A stretch of DNA of 34,277 bases from Luminiphilus sp. (GCA_041236755.1 JBERSB010000259.1:1-34277), one strand, 5' to 3'. Shown: positions 6,355 to 16,340, numbered from the stretch's first letter. The notes: a model not told the origin generated them from the letters alone. Numbers and translations: made by a program.

Positions 6355-9354
6355 GTGAACCCGAATCGCATCTTCCTCGTGTTGGGCGCCGCGCTGCTGG
6401 TCGCGGCAGCCGCGAACGCGCAGCAGGTCGGCACGATCCGGGGCACCGTCATCGACAAGGACTTCAACGAGCCGCTGGCGGGCGTGACGGTCCAGATCGT
6501 CGGAGTACAGCAGCGCGTCGTGACCGACGGCAACGGCGTCTTCCTCTTCCGGGGGTTGCCGCCCGAGAACTACACGGTCGTGCTCGCGAAGGACGGCTAC
6601 ACCCGCGCGGTGGTGCAAGTTCGCGTGGTCTCGGGGCAGCAGTCCGACGAGCGCGTAGAGATGCTCGGGGACTTCACGGAGCTGGAGGAGTTCGTCGTGC
6701 GCGAGCAGGTCCAGCAGTCGTTGACCACCGAGCAGAAGGTGCTCGAGAGCCGCTTCGACAACGCCGCCATGGTCGACGCCATCAGCTCCGAGCTGATGTC
6801 CAAGAGCGGCGCCGGAAGCGCCGACGAGGCGCTCCGCCTCGTCGCCGGCGCATCGACGCAGGACGGCAAGTCGGCGGTGATCCGAGGCCTGCCCGACCGC
6901 TACGTGGCGACTCTGGTCAACGGCGTGCTGTTCCCCAGCTCGGACGAGGACAAGCGCGCAGTCGAGCTCGACGTCTTCCCGGCGAGCGCCATCCAGACCG
7001 TCGAAGTCAGCAAGACGTTCACGCCTGACCAGCAGGGCAACGCGTCGGGCGGCGCGGTCAACGTGGTGCTGCGCAGCGTGCCGGAGCAGCCGTTCTTCGT
7101 GAACTACAGCCTCGGCACCAGCTACAACACGCAGACCACCGGCCGCCGGGACTTCTTGAGCTACGCCGACGGCGGCGTGGGGGCCTTCGGGAGGAGCGGC
7201 AGCGAGCGCAACATCCAGCAGGTCGGCGAGAGCTGGACCGGCGCGGTCGGCGCCGACACCGTCGAGGCGCCCGACAACGTGAAGTGGTCTGCGTCGACCG
7301 GCGGTCGCTACGAGCTGGACGACGACTGGCGGATCGGCGGCTTCTTGAACTTCTTCTACGACCGCAGCGCCAACTTCCGCGAGAACGCCCGCGACGAGTC
7401 GTGGAAGGTCGGCCAGGTCGGCAGCCTGATGACGCCGCAGACCCAGCTCGGGACGCTGCAGCAGCCGCCGTTCACCACGTCGCTGCTCGAGCTGGACCGC
7501 AGCCAGGAGACGGTGCAGTGGGGCGGCCTCTCGACGTTCGGTCTGGAGAGCGACAACCACGCGTTCAACGTGACGCACCTGTTCTCGCGCGTCGCCGAGG
7601 ACACGGTCACGTTCGCCGAGGACACGCAGGGCAAGAACTACTTCTTCCCGGGTCACGACCCGAACGACCCGACCTCCCCCGGCTTCAACCAGAACGACTC
7701 GGCGCCTTGGACCCGGCAGCAGACGCTCGCCTACGTCGAGCGCGGCACCGCGGCGCTGCAGCTCAACGGCCGACACCGCTGGGACCTTTGGGGCTTCGGC
7801 GCGCTGCGCGGCATCGAGATGGACTGGACGGTCGCCCAGAACGAGGCCTACCGAGACACGCCCGACCGGCGCGAGTTCGCGACGTTCTGGGATCCGGGCG
7901 CGGGCCCGAACGGCACGTTCTTCCAGCTCAAGCCGGCAGCGGAGTTCACCCTCGGCAACCTCCAGCGCACCTTCATCAAGATCGAGGAGGAGAGCGAGGA
8001 GCTGGCGCTCAACTTCCGACTGCCCGTCGACGTGTGGGGCGGACGTGAAGGTGCGTTCAAGTTCGGCTGGTTCCAGGACAGCGTCGAGCGGACGTTCACG
8101 CAGGAGACCTTCTCGAACTTCAACGATCCGAACCAGCAGTTCCAGGGCGCCTGGGAGGGCATCGGCTGGGCGCAGAACTGGGTCTACGAAGAGCACCCGA
8201 TCACGGCGGCGGAGACCGACGTGGACTACGTCGGTAGGCAGGACATCGAGGCGCAGTACTTGATGGTCGACCTGCCGCTCACAGACGAGCTCCGGATGGT
8301 GAGTGGAGTGCGCTGGGAGGCTACGGACATCTCGATCATCAGCGATCCCGAGTCCGAGGCGACGTGGGTTCCCTCGACCGACGCTGAGGGCAACCCCAAC
8401 TTCGGGATCGCGAACTTCCCCGTCAGCGACCCGACGGATCCGACCTACGACCCCGACCTGCTCGCTTCTGCCAATCCCCAGCGGTCCCAGGACAACGTGC
8501 TGCCTGCCATCGGCTTCATCTACGAGCCGATCGACGGGCTGATCCTCCGCGCCTCCTACACGGAGACCGTCGCGCGACAGACGTTCAAGGAACTGTCGCC
8601 GGTGTTCCAGCAGGAGTACATCGGCGGTCCGGTGTTCATCGGCGACCCGAACCTCGAGATCAGCGAGGTGCAGAACACGGACTTCCGCATCGATTACATG
8701 CCTGCGGAGGGCTCGCTGTTCTCGGTGTCCTACTTCAAGAAGGACATCGAGAAGCCGATCGAGTACGTCGAGGCGGCGCAGGGATTCACCTTCACCAAGC
8801 CGGTCAACTACCCGAGCGGCAAGCTGCGCGGCTGGGAGGTGGAACTCCGCCAGGAGATGAGCCAGTTCTGGCGGCCGCTCCAGGGCCTGCAGGTCGGCGG
8901 GAACTCGACGTGGATCGACGCGACCGTTCGGCGACCCGACAGCGAGCTGGAGCAGTTCCTGCAGTTCCAGGGCGTCGAGGACGACCCGACGCGCGACATG
9001 ACCGACGCGCCCGACTACCTCTGGAACCTGTTCACGACCTACGACGTCGCCGCGACGGGGACCAGCTTCGGCGCGTTCTACACGGTGACCGGCGACACGC
9101 TGATCCAGGGCCCCGGCCCTTCCAACAGCGCCTTCATCCCTGCGACCTACGACAAGGCCTACGACAACCTGACGCTGACCATGCGGCAGGACCTCGGCCG
9201 CGGCGTGACCCTGTCGCTGTCGGCGAAGAACCTGACCGACGCCAACCGGCAGCAGGTCTACCGGACCAAGTATCTCCCCGAGGACCGCATACGCCGCGAC
9301 TACACGACCGGCGTCACCTACTCGCTCTCGATCGGCGGCGTGATCCGCTTCTGA
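6355..9354 (+). CDS. TonB-dependent outer-membrane receptor with N-terminal CarboxypepD_reg-like domain
   Basis: Signal peptide; GTIRGTVIDKDFNEPLAGVTV; plug motifs IRGLPDRY and VEVSKTFTPDQQGNASGGAVNV; barrel strands LRASYTETVARQTFKEL and LSLSAKNLTD; C-terminal Phe. Confidence 0.93.
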   Translation: MNPNRIFLVLGAALLVAAAANAQQVGTIRGTVIDKDFNEPLAGVTVQIVGVQQRVVTDGNGVFLFRGLPPENYTVVLAKDGYTRAVVQVRVVSGQQSDERVEMLGDFTELEEFVVREQVQQSLTTEQKVLESRFDNAAMVDAISSELMSKSGAGSADEALRLVAGASTQDGKSAVIRGLPDRYVATLVNGVLFPSSDEDKRAVELDVFPASAIQTVEVSKTFTPDQQGNASGGAVNVVLRSVPEQPFFVNYSLGTSYNTQTTGRRDFLSYADGGVGAFGRSGSERNIQQVGESWTGAVGADTVEAPDNVKWSASTGGRYELDDDWRIGGFLNFFYDRSANFRENARDESWKVGQVGSLMTPQTQLGTLQQPPFTTSLLELDRSQETVQWGGLSTFGLESDNHAFNVTHLFSRVAEDTVTFAEDTQGKNYFFPGHDPNDPTSPGFNQNDSAPWTRQQTLAYVERGTAALQLNGRHRWDLWGFGALRGIEMDWTVAQNEAYRDTPDRREFATFWDPGAGPNGTFFQLKPAAEFTLGNLQRTFIKIEEESEELALNFRLPVDVWGGREGAFKFGWFQDSVERTFTQETFSNFNDPNQQFQGAWEGIGWAQNWVYEEHPITAAETDVDYVGRQDIEAQYLMVDLPLTDELRMVSGVRWEATDISIISDPESEATWVPSTDAEGNPNFGIANFPVSDPTDPTYDPDLLASANPQRSQDNVLPAIGFIYEPIDGLILRASYTETVARQTFKELSPVFQQEYIGGPVFIGDPNLEISEVQNTDFRIDYMPAEGSLFSVSYFKKDIEKPIEYVEAAQGFTFTKPVNYPSGKLRGWEVELRQEMSQFWRPLQGLQVGGNSTWIDATVRRPDSELEQFLQFQGVEDDPTRDMTDAPDYLWNLFTTYDVAATGTSFGAFYTVTGDTLIQGPGPSNSAFIPATYDKAYDNLTLTMRQDLGRGVTLSLSAKNLTDANRQQVYRTKYLPEDRIRRDYTTGVTYSLSIGGVIRF

Positions 9355-9414
9355 ACTGCACCCTTCTCCTGCCTCCCTGAAATGACCTCCGCCCCAACAG
9401 TAAGGAACTGTCCC

Positions 9415-10266
9415 ATGCCGTTTGACCGGCGCCGCTCCCGGCTCCTGGCGCGCCGCGCTGCGCCGCTCGTGCTCGCCCTCGCTGTCGTCGCGAGCGCGCC
9501 CGACGCTGCGGCTCAGTCGGGCGGTCAGCCGCCCCGGAGCGTCGAGGACCCGACCGCGATCGCCAAGACCGTGCGCGCAGCCCACGCGGAGTACGCGCTG
9601 GCGAAGCGGACGATCTCCGAAGAACGCGCGGCGTGGCAGAAAGGCAAGCAGACGCTGGAGGCGCAGGTGCAGGTGCTCGAGGGCGAGATCCAGTCCTTCG
9701 AGGCGCGCATCGCCGAAGCCAACAAGAGCATCGAGGCCGCAGACGGGAAGTACGGCGAGCTAGAGCGACAGAAGGCGCGCCTCGAGCGCGTCTCCAAGCT
9801 CCTCGACGAGCGGATCACCCGACTCGAAGAGCGCACCAGAGCGCTGCTCCGCCGGGTGCCGGAACCGCTCGCACTCAACGTCAAGCCGATCTCTCAGCGA
9901 CTGCCCGAGAGCGACGAAGAGCGCGCCAAGCTGTCTCTCAGCGAGCGCTACCAGAACGTGATCGGCGTGCTCAACCCGATCGACAAGTGGAACCGCGAGG
10001 TCCGGATCGAGAACGAGCGCCGCGACCTCCAGGGAGGCAGGAGCGTCTCGGTCACGGTGCTCTACATCGGCCTCGCGCAGGGCTACTACGTCGGCGGCAA
10101 GGGGCCGGACGGCAAGCCGAACCTCGCCGGCGTCGGGGTGCCGACCCCGGACGGCTGGCGCTGGACGCCCGCGGACTCGCTGGCGCCGGATGTCAGCAAG
10201 GCCGTCTCGATCTACCGCAACGAGCAGCTCGCACGCCTCGTGCGGCTGCCGGTCAGCATCCAGTGA
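9415..10266 (+). CDS. DUF3450 family coiled-coil periplasmic protein (TtpB-like)
   Basis: AAGGA RBS before ATG 9415 (alternative start 9382); signal peptide; long coiled coil; LSLSERYQNVI...VLYIGLAQGYY...GWRW motif; sits directly before the long ExbB. Confidence 0.8.
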   Translation: MPFDRRRSRLLARRAAPLVLALAVVASAPDAAAQSGGQPPRSVEDPTAIAKTVRAAHAEYALAKRTISEERAAWQKGKQTLEAQVQVLEGEIQSFEARIAEANKSIEAADGKYGELERQKARLERVSKLLDERITRLEERTRALLRRVPEPLALNVKPISQRLPESDEERAKLSLSERYQNVIGVLNPIDKWNREVRIENERRDLQGGRSVSVTVLYIGLAQGYYVGGKGPDGKPNLAGVGVPTPDGWRWTPADSLAPDVSKAVSIYRNEQLARLVRLPVSIQ

Positions 10267-10280
10267 GCGAGGCCTTGACG

Positions 10281-11756
10281 ATGCACACCAACCAGATGCT
10301 CTCTCATTTCCTGGCGGCGGCGACGTGCTTGGCCGCTGCGCTGACCGGCCAGGGCGAGGCGACGACGCCTTCTGCCCAGGAGCCTCGCGCCACGCTCGAA
10401 GCCGCGGCGGCATCGATGCAGGCAGACATGTCGGCTGCGCTCGCTGAGCTCGATGCGCTCCGCGCAGAGATCGGCGCCGAGCGGCTGCCGCTCGCGAAGA
10501 AGCTGACGCAGACCGAGGGACGCTTGAGCGCGGTCCGCCGGGACTTCGACGCCGTCTCCAGGGAGCTGGTCAAGAAGACCGACAGCCTCGCCGGACTCGA
10601 CGCTTCGCTCACCGCGCTGAACCGGCAGTCCGACTACCTCTCCAGCCTGCTCGGACAGTACGGAGAGGAGTTCCGGACGCGGCTGCACATCGCCGAGCTG
10701 CAGCGATACCGGCAGCCGCTCGAGGCCGCGAAGCTGGCGCTCGAGAACACCAAGCTGACCGACGTCGATCGGTTCGGGACCCAGCTGGGTGTCGTCGAGC
10801 TGTCGCTGGACAAGCTCGAGGACGAGCTGGGCGGCACCCGCTTCGACGGGCGCGCCAAGGTCGACAACGGCGAGCTCAAGGCGGGCCGCGTGGTGATGCT
10901 GGGTCCGATGGCGCTGTTCCAGGCGGCGGACGGCTCGGCGATCGGCTCGATCGAGGAGACCGGCGGCTCACAGGAGCCGACCGTGCTGGACTTCTCGGAA
11001 GAGGAGGACCGTCGAGCGGCGGCCGGCATCGCGCTCGGTAGCGGTGGCCAGTTTCCGATGGACGTCACCCTCGGCAACGCGCAGAAGGTCGAGGCGATCC
11101 AGGAGACGTGGTGGGAGCACGTGCAGAAGGGCGGCGTCATCATGATCCCCATGGCTGTTCTGGCCGGGGCCGCGCTGCTCGTGGTGCTGCTCAAGTGGCT
11201 CTCGATGGTGTTCGTGCGACGCCCCTCCAAGCGCCGCGTCGCCCAGCTGCTCACGGTTGTCCAGGAGGGGGACCACGCGACCGCGAAGCAGCTCGCGCAG
11301 TCGATGCGGGGTCCCGCTGGACGGATGCTCGCTGCGGGCGCCGAGCACCTCGGCGAGCCGCGTGAGCTGATCGAAGAGGTGATGTTCGAGAAGCTGCTGA
11401 CCACGCGCCTCAAGCTGCAGAGTTGGCTGCCGTTCGTCGCGATCTGCGCCACGTCGGCGCCCTTGCTCGGCCTGCTGGGCACCGTGACCGGGATCATGGG
11501 CACCTTCGCGCTGATGACGGAGTTCGGCACCGGCGACCCCAAGGTGCTCTCGTCGGGGATCTCCGAGGCCCTAATCACGACCGAGCACGGTCTGATCATC
11601 GCCATCCCGTCGCTGCTTCTGCACGCCTTCCTGGCGCGCAAGGCCAAGGGCGTCACCGACGGCATGGAGAAGATGGCCGTGCAGTTCATGAATCACATCC
11701 GCGAGCCGAAGCCGGCGGCCGCCCCCTCGGCCGCCGTCGCGTCCGAGGTCGCCTGA
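10281..11756 (+). CDS. long MotA/TolQ/ExbB protein with N-terminal periplasmic coiled coil (TtpC-like)
   Basis: ATG 10281; signal peptide, coiled coil, PMDVTLG, then ExbB core APLLGLLGTVTGIMGTF...SGISEALITTEHGLIIAIP. Confidence 0.9.
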   Translation: MHTNQMLSHFLAAATCLAAALTGQGEATTPSAQEPRATLEAAAASMQADMSAALAELDALRAEIGAERLPLAKKLTQTEGRLSAVRRDFDAVSRELVKKTDSLAGLDASLTALNRQSDYLSSLLGQYGEEFRTRLHIAELQRYRQPLEAAKLALENTKLTDVDRFGTQLGVVELSLDKLEDELGGTRFDGRAKVDNGELKAGRVVMLGPMALFQAADGSAIGSIEETGGSQEPTVLDFSEEEDRRAAAGIALGSGGQFPMDVTLGNAQKVEAIQETWWEHVQKGGVIMIPMAVLAGAALLVVLLKWLSMVFVRRPSKRRVAQLLTVVQEGDHATAKQLAQSMRGPAGRMLAAGAEHLGEPRELIEEVMFEKLLTTRLKLQSWLPFVAICATSAPLLGLLGTVTGIMGTFALMTEFGTGDPKVLSSGISEALITTEHGLIIAIPSLLLHAFLARKAKGVTDGMEKMAVQFMNHIREPKPAAAPSAAVASEVA

Positions 11757-11763
11757 TCCTCAG

Positions 11764-12432
11764 ATGTTCGCCTTCGTCGAAGTGGCCGCGTCGTGGTCCG
11801 AGCAGCTCGCGCTGCTCTGGGGCGCCGCGTGGGACATCTGGGAGAAGGGCGGTTGGGCGATGGGCGCGATCTTCTTGAACGCTGTCATCATGTTCGGCTT
11901 CGGTGTCCACACGCTGATGAGGATCGCGCGGAAGAGCTTCCGCGGTCGCGGCGAGAAGACCTGGCGGCTGTGGATCGAGCACCCGAAGTACCGCGAGGGC
12001 AAGGTCGGCGAGCTGCTCGACGAGGTCACCATCGCAGAGAGCCTGGAGCAGTCGGCGGCGGTCTTCGACGGACTCCGTCAGGCCGAGCTGGCGCCGATCA
12101 ACCGTGACCTCAGGGTCATGAAAGTCTGCATCGCAGCAGCGCCGCTCCTCGGCCTCCTCGGCACCGTCACCGGCATGCTCGCGACCTTCGCTGCGCTCGC
12201 GGCGGGCAAGGGCGGCGACAAGACGATGGTAGCCGTCAGCCAGGGCATCTCCGAGGCGCTGATCACGACGATGACAGGCCTCGTCGTCGCGCTGCCGGGG
12301 CTGTTCTTCCAATACGGCCTCTCGCGCATGCGCAACCAGTATGCGGCCTTCCTGGCGAAGCTCGAGACGGGCTGCGCGCAAGACCTCCACCGGCGCATGC
12401 AGGCGCGCGCCGGCGACTCCGAGGCCGCCTGA
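11764..12432 (+). CDS. exbB: MotA/TolQ/ExbB proton channel protein
   Basis: APLLGLLGTVTGMLATF...GISEALITTMTGLVVALP motifs. Confidence 0.9.
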   Translation: MFAFVEVAASWSEQLALLWGAAWDIWEKGGWAMGAIFLNAVIMFGFGVHTLMRIARKSFRGRGEKTWRLWIEHPKYREGKVGELLDEVTIAESLEQSAAVFDGLRQAELAPINRDLRVMKVCIAAAPLLGLLGTVTGMLATFAALAAGKGGDKTMVAVSQGISEALITTMTGLVVALPGLFFQYGLSRMRNQYAAFLAKLETGCAQDLHRRMQARAGDSEAA

Positions 12433-12470
12433 GGCACACCGCGAGACCACCTACCTGGAACAAGACCACC

Positions 12471-12884
12471 ATGCGACGCTTCCGAGACTTCAGCAACGAG
12501 GACGCGGCCGAGGGCGGCATCGACATGTCGCCCATGATCGACTGCGTCTTCATCCTGCTCATCTTCTTCATCGTCACGACGACTTTCGTCGAGGAGACGG
12601 GCGTCGATGTGGACAAGCCACAGGCCGCCGCCGGTGTCTCGCTGCAGAAGAACAGCGTGATGTTCGCGCTGACTGCGGAGGGTGAGGTCTACTTCGACTC
12701 GAAGCCGGTCGGGATCGCCGCGGTGCGCTCCATCGTCGCCCGCAAGATGCTCAAGGAGAAACAGCCGGTCATCGTGCAGGCCGACCAGGCTGCGTCCGCG
12801 GGCATGCTCACGCGCGTCATCGACCAGTGCAAGCTGGGCAACGCCCCGACCGTCAGCATCGCGACCCGAAAGGCGGGGAGCTAG
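12471..12884 (+). CDS. exbD: biopolymer transporter ExbD
   Basis: IDMSPMIDCVFILLIFFIVTTTF transmembrane segment with conserved Asp; VIVQAD periplasmic motif. Confidence 0.93.
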   Translation: MRRFRDFSNEDAAEGGIDMSPMIDCVFILLIFFIVTTTFVEETGVDVDKPQAAAGVSLQKNSVMFALTAEGEVYFDSKPVGIAAVRSIVARKMLKEKQPVIVQADQAASAGMLTRVIDQCKLGNAPTVSIATRKAGS

Positions 12885-12886
12885 AG

Positions 12887-13552
12887 ATGTCGTCCGAGGA
12901 GCCTTCGAGGCGGTCGAGCCGCACGTGGCGCGCGCTGTTCGCAGCCGTCGGCGGGCTCGCCTGTGCGCTCGGTTGTTTCTTACTGCTGCCGCTCCTGCGC
13001 GCGATCACCGCGCCGCCCAGGGCCGATCTGGAGCTTCGTCGTGCTGAGACTGTGGAGCTGCCGCCGCCGCCGCCGCCGGAGGAAGAAAAGGACGAGCCCG
13101 AGCAGGAAGAGGAGCCGCCTCCGCCCGAAGCGAGCGCCGAGGCCCCGCCCCTGGACCTGTCCGACCTGGAGCTGGTGCTGAACGGCGGCGGCTTCAACGA
13201 CGGCGCAGGCGCGTTCGCGGGCGGGCTGCCGCTGCAGCTGCCGGGCGGCGTCGCGGGCGGAAGCATGGCCGACCTCTTCGACATGGGTGACCTCGAGGAG
13301 AAGCCGAGGCCGATCTATCGCGCGCGCCCCGACACCACTCGCGAGATGCGCAAGCGCATGCCGTGCACCGTCCTGATCCAGATGACGGTCGACAAGCTGG
13401 GGCGGGTCGTCAATCCGACCGTGGTCAGCACAGACGATCCGTTGTTCAACGCCGCGGCGCTCAGCGCCATCCGCCAGTGGAAGTTCGAAGCCGGCAAGCG
13501 GCGCGGCAAGCCCGACGACTTCCGCGTCCGTCAGCCCATTACGTTCAAGTGA
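12887..13552 (+). CDS. tonB: energy transducer TonB
   Basis: ATG 12887; N-terminal TM helix; Pro/Glu-rich linker (PPPPPPEEEKDEPEQEEEPPPP); TonB_C motifs VDKLGRV...AALSAIRQWKFEAG...VRQPITF. Confidence 0.9.
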   Translation: MSSEEPSRRSSRTWRALFAAVGGLACALGCFLLLPLLRAITAPPRADLELRRAETVELPPPPPPEEEKDEPEQEEEPPPPEASAEAPPLDLSDLELVLNGGGFNDGAGAFAGGLPLQLPGGVAGGSMADLFDMGDLEEKPRPIYRARPDTTREMRKRMPCTVLIQMTVDKLGRVVNPTVVSTDDPLFNAAALSAIRQWKFEAGKRRGKPDDFRVRQPITFK

Positions 13553-13562
13553 GGTGTAAGTG

Positions 13563-15101
13563 ATGTCTTCCCGAATCCCGACCTTCGCGGCCGCCGCGTC
13601 GCTGCTGCTGGCAGCCTGCGCGACGCACACGACGGGCCTGCCGTCGCCGCCTGTTGCGGCGCTGAAGGCTGACGTCACTCCTGAAGCCGAGGCGGCTACC
13701 GAGGCGCCGGCCGTCGAGGCGGCCGCGCTGGAGGTGGCTGCACAGGAACCCGCACAGGAGCCTGCGCCGGCCCAGGAGAGCGGCTCGCAGGCGACGCTCC
13801 GCGAGATCTGGGCCAAGCCGTCGTTCCAGCGTCGCCTCGCGCAGAACTGGCTGCGCGGCGGCGAGGTCGACCCGCCGCTGACACTCCGGGAGGGCGAGTT
13901 CCGCCAAGAGGTGCTGCAGCTGATCAGTGACGACGACATCGAGGACGCCACAGCCCGTCTGCAGAGCCTCCAGGGGCCCGACGCCAGTCCCGTGTGGGAC
14001 TTCATGCTCGGCAACCTCAACTTCGGCAGGGAGCAGTATGCCGACGCCGCGCGCGAGCTGACGAAGGCCGTCGGTAAGTATCCCAGCTACCGCCGTGCCT
14101 GGCAGATGCTGGGCTTTGCGCAGATGCGCGCGGGCGAGTTCACGTCGGCTGTCGAGTCGTTCGTCGAGGTGATCGGGCTCGGCGGCGGCGACGCGCAGAC
14201 CTACGGCTTCCTCGGCGTGGCGCACGCGCAGGCCGGGGAGTTCACGGCGGCGGAGTCGGCGTTCCGCCTCGTGATGATGATGGACCCGCGCGACGACCGC
14301 TGGAAGAAGCTGCTCGCCGAGTCGCTCGGGCGGCAGGGCAAGTACGCGGAGTGCATCAGCCTGATCAACTCGCTGATCGCCAAGGACCGCGACAATGTCG
14401 AGCTGTGGAAGATGCAGGCCAACGCGTTCGCCAACATGGGCGACACCGAGAGCGCCGCGACCAGCTTCGAGATCATCGACCGTCTGGGCGGCGCCGACTA
14501 TGTAACGCTCGCCAACCTCGGCACGATCTACTTCAACGACGGCCTGTTCTCGATGGCTGTCGACGCCTACCTGCGCGCGCTCCAGCGCCCGGACCGGGGC
14601 AGTCACGAGGCCGCGCTGGCCGTCGCCAACAGCCTCGCGACGCGTTCCGCCTACGAAGAAGCGGGCCGCCTCGTCGCCGGCGTCGAGGAGGCCTACGCCG
14701 CGACGCTGTCGGCGGAGAGCAAGATGGAGCTTCTCAAGCTCCGCGCGCGGCTCGCGGTGGCGTCCGGCGCCACCGAGGAGCAGGTCGCGCTGCTGCACAA
14801 GATCGTCGAGTCGAATCCGCTCGACGGCGACGCGCTGATCCAGCTGGCGCGGCACTACCAGGGCGCAGGCGACGTCGAGCAGGCCGAGTTCCGCTACGAA
14901 CAGGCGGCACGCAACCCCGACTTCACGGCGCGCGCCAAGGTGCTACACGGCCAACTGCTCGCAAACCAGCAGCGCTTCGCCGAGGCCGAGCCGCTGCTCG
15001 AGGCAGCGCTGCAGCTCAAGCGCAGCGACGACGTGAGCCAGCTGCTCGAATACGTCAAGCGCGCCAAGGCGCGCGCGGCGTCGAAGAAGTCGGGCGCCTA
15101 G
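13563..15101 (+). CDS. TPR-repeat lipoprotein (TtpD-like position)
   Basis: MSSRIPTFAAAASLLLAA-C lipobox; Ala/Glu/Pro linker; many TPR units (FMLGNLNF, AWQMLGFAQ, YGFLGVAH, LANLGTIYFN). Confidence 0.88.
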   Translation: MSSRIPTFAAAASLLLAACATHTTGLPSPPVAALKADVTPEAEAATEAPAVEAAALEVAAQEPAQEPAPAQESGSQATLREIWAKPSFQRRLAQNWLRGGEVDPPLTLREGEFRQEVLQLISDDDIEDATARLQSLQGPDASPVWDFMLGNLNFGREQYADAARELTKAVGKYPSYRRAWQMLGFAQMRAGEFTSAVESFVEVIGLGGGDAQTYGFLGVAHAQAGEFTAAESAFRLVMMMDPRDDRWKKLLAESLGRQGKYAECISLINSLIAKDRDNVELWKMQANAFANMGDTESAATSFEIIDRLGGADYVTLANLGTIYFNDGLFSMAVDAYLRALQRPDRGSHEAALAVANSLATRSAYEEAGRLVAGVEEAYAATLSAESKMELLKLRARLAVASGATEEQVALLHKIVESNPLDGDALIQLARHYQGAGDVEQAEFRYEQAARNPDFTARAKVLHGQLLANQQRFAEAEPLLEAALQLKRSDDVSQLLEYVKRAKARAASKKSGA

Positions 15102-15109
15102 GCGCCTGG

Positions 15110-16285
15110 CTACGCCTTGCGCAGCGGCCGCACGATCAGGTCCTTCAGCGCGAAGTTGCTGCCCTCGCCGACGCGGGTGACGAACAGGTCGTTGTGGTGG
15201 CGGATCAGGCCGAACTCGTCGAAGCACGACACGCCGCCGCAGATCTCCATGCCGAGCGCCACCAGTTCGCTCGCGCGGCGGCTGCACTCGACCTTGATCT
15301 TGGCGGCCTGCTCGCGGCCGAGCGTGCCCTTCTCGTAGAGGTCGCAGCAGTGCACAAGCCACGTCAGCCCGCTCTCGAGCGCGATGTCCATGTCGACGAT
15401 GACGTCCTGCACGCGCTGGAAGCGGCCGATCGGCTGGTCGTCGAACTGGTGCCGCTCCTCGGCGTAGATCCGGCACTTGTCGAGCGCGAACGCGAGCGAG
15501 CCGAGCGCCAAGGACGCGATGAACAGGCGGCCACCGTTGAGCGTGGTGACCATCACCTTGAAGCCGTTGTTGACCTCTCCCAGGATCGCGTCGTCGCCGA
15601 CCTCGACGTTCTCGAACATGATCGAGCCGGTCGATGACTGCTCCCAGACCTTCTTGCCCTGCATCTCCTGGTAGAAGACGCCCTGCTGGTCCATCGGCAC
15701 GATGAAGCACGTCGAGCGCTTGCCGTTGGGGGCGTCGGGCGCGGTCAGCGCGTGCACGACGACGTGGCTCGCCCACTTCGCGTTGGTCGACCAGCACTTC
15801 TCGCCGTTGATCACCCACTTGTCGCCCTGCTTGGCGGCGGTCACCTCCGGGTTGGCGGCGTCGCTGCCGCGGCCGGGCTCCGAGAGGCCGAACACGAACA
15901 TGCGCTCGCCCGCGGCCAGCGCCGGCAGGTGCGCCTGCTTCTGCGCGTCGGAGCCGCACAGCTGCAGCGGCTTGGCGCCGAGCGAGATCGCGGCGCCCGG
16001 CGTGATCGCGACGGCCTGGCTGTGGTAGCCGATCGCGAGCCCCATCAGGCAGAGGTCTGCGTGGTCGCCGCCCTGGCCGCCGAACTCCTCGGCGATCGGG
16101 ATGCCGAACAGGCCCATCTCGCCCATGGCCCGGATGCAATCGTCGGGCACCAGCTGGTGCTCCCGCTCCCACTTCAGCAGGTGCGGCGCGATCTGCTCGT
16201 CGCTGAAGTCGCGGACCGCCTCGTAGAAGGCGAACTTGTCCTCGTCGATCAGGCCGGCGAGATAGGTGTCGATACGGCGTGCCAT
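15110..16285 (-). CDS. acyl-CoA dehydrogenase (391 aa)
   Basis: Start ATG 16285 (MARRIDTY); FGLSEPGRGSDA, INGEKCWSTN, RHQFDDQPIGRFQ, GEGSN (catalytic Glu at the MCAD-type position). Confidence 0.93.
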   Translation of the reverse strand: MARRIDTYLAGLIDEDKFAFYEAVRDFSDEQIAPHLLKWEREHQLVPDDCIRAMGEMGLFGIPIAEEFGGQGGDHADLCLMGLAIGYHSQAVAITPGAAISLGAKPLQLCGSDAQKQAHLPALAAGERMFVFGLSEPGRGSDAANPEVTAAKQGDKWVINGEKCWSTNAKWASHVVVHALTAPDAPNGKRSTCFIVPMDQQGVFYQEMQGKKVWEQSSTGSIMFENVEVGDDAILGEVNNGFKVMVTTLNGGRLFIASLALGSLAFALDKCRIYAEERHQFDDQPIGRFQRVQDVIVDMDIALESGLTWLVHCCDLYEKGTLGREQAAKIKVECSRRASELVALGMEICGGVSCFDEFGLIRHHNDLFVTRVGEGSNFALKDLIVRPLRKA

Positions 16286-16340
16286 CGCCCGAGACAGTAG
16301 GACGCGGCCGGGGCCGAGACCAGCGCGGGCCCGGCCCTGC

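Noticed and set aside
6112-9585. 1157-aa minus-strand ORF, and similar shadows at 2752..4806, 16266..18365 and 26565..29381
   Set aside because: Antisense mirrors of real genes with biased codon usage.
10281-15101. Interpretation as Tol-Pal or a Myxococcus-type gliding motor
   Set aside because: No tolB, pal or other glt genes. Adjacency to a TBDT and DUF3450 fits a Ttp/TonB system better.
5081-15101. Possible horizontally acquired island
   Set aside because: Only a subjective codon difference; no integrase, tRNA, transposase or flanking repeats seen.
15093-15106. 14-bp palindrome GGCGCCTAGGCGCC at convergent gene ends
   Set aside because: Short, GC-rich, centred on the stop codon and without U-tracts; insufficient to call a terminator.
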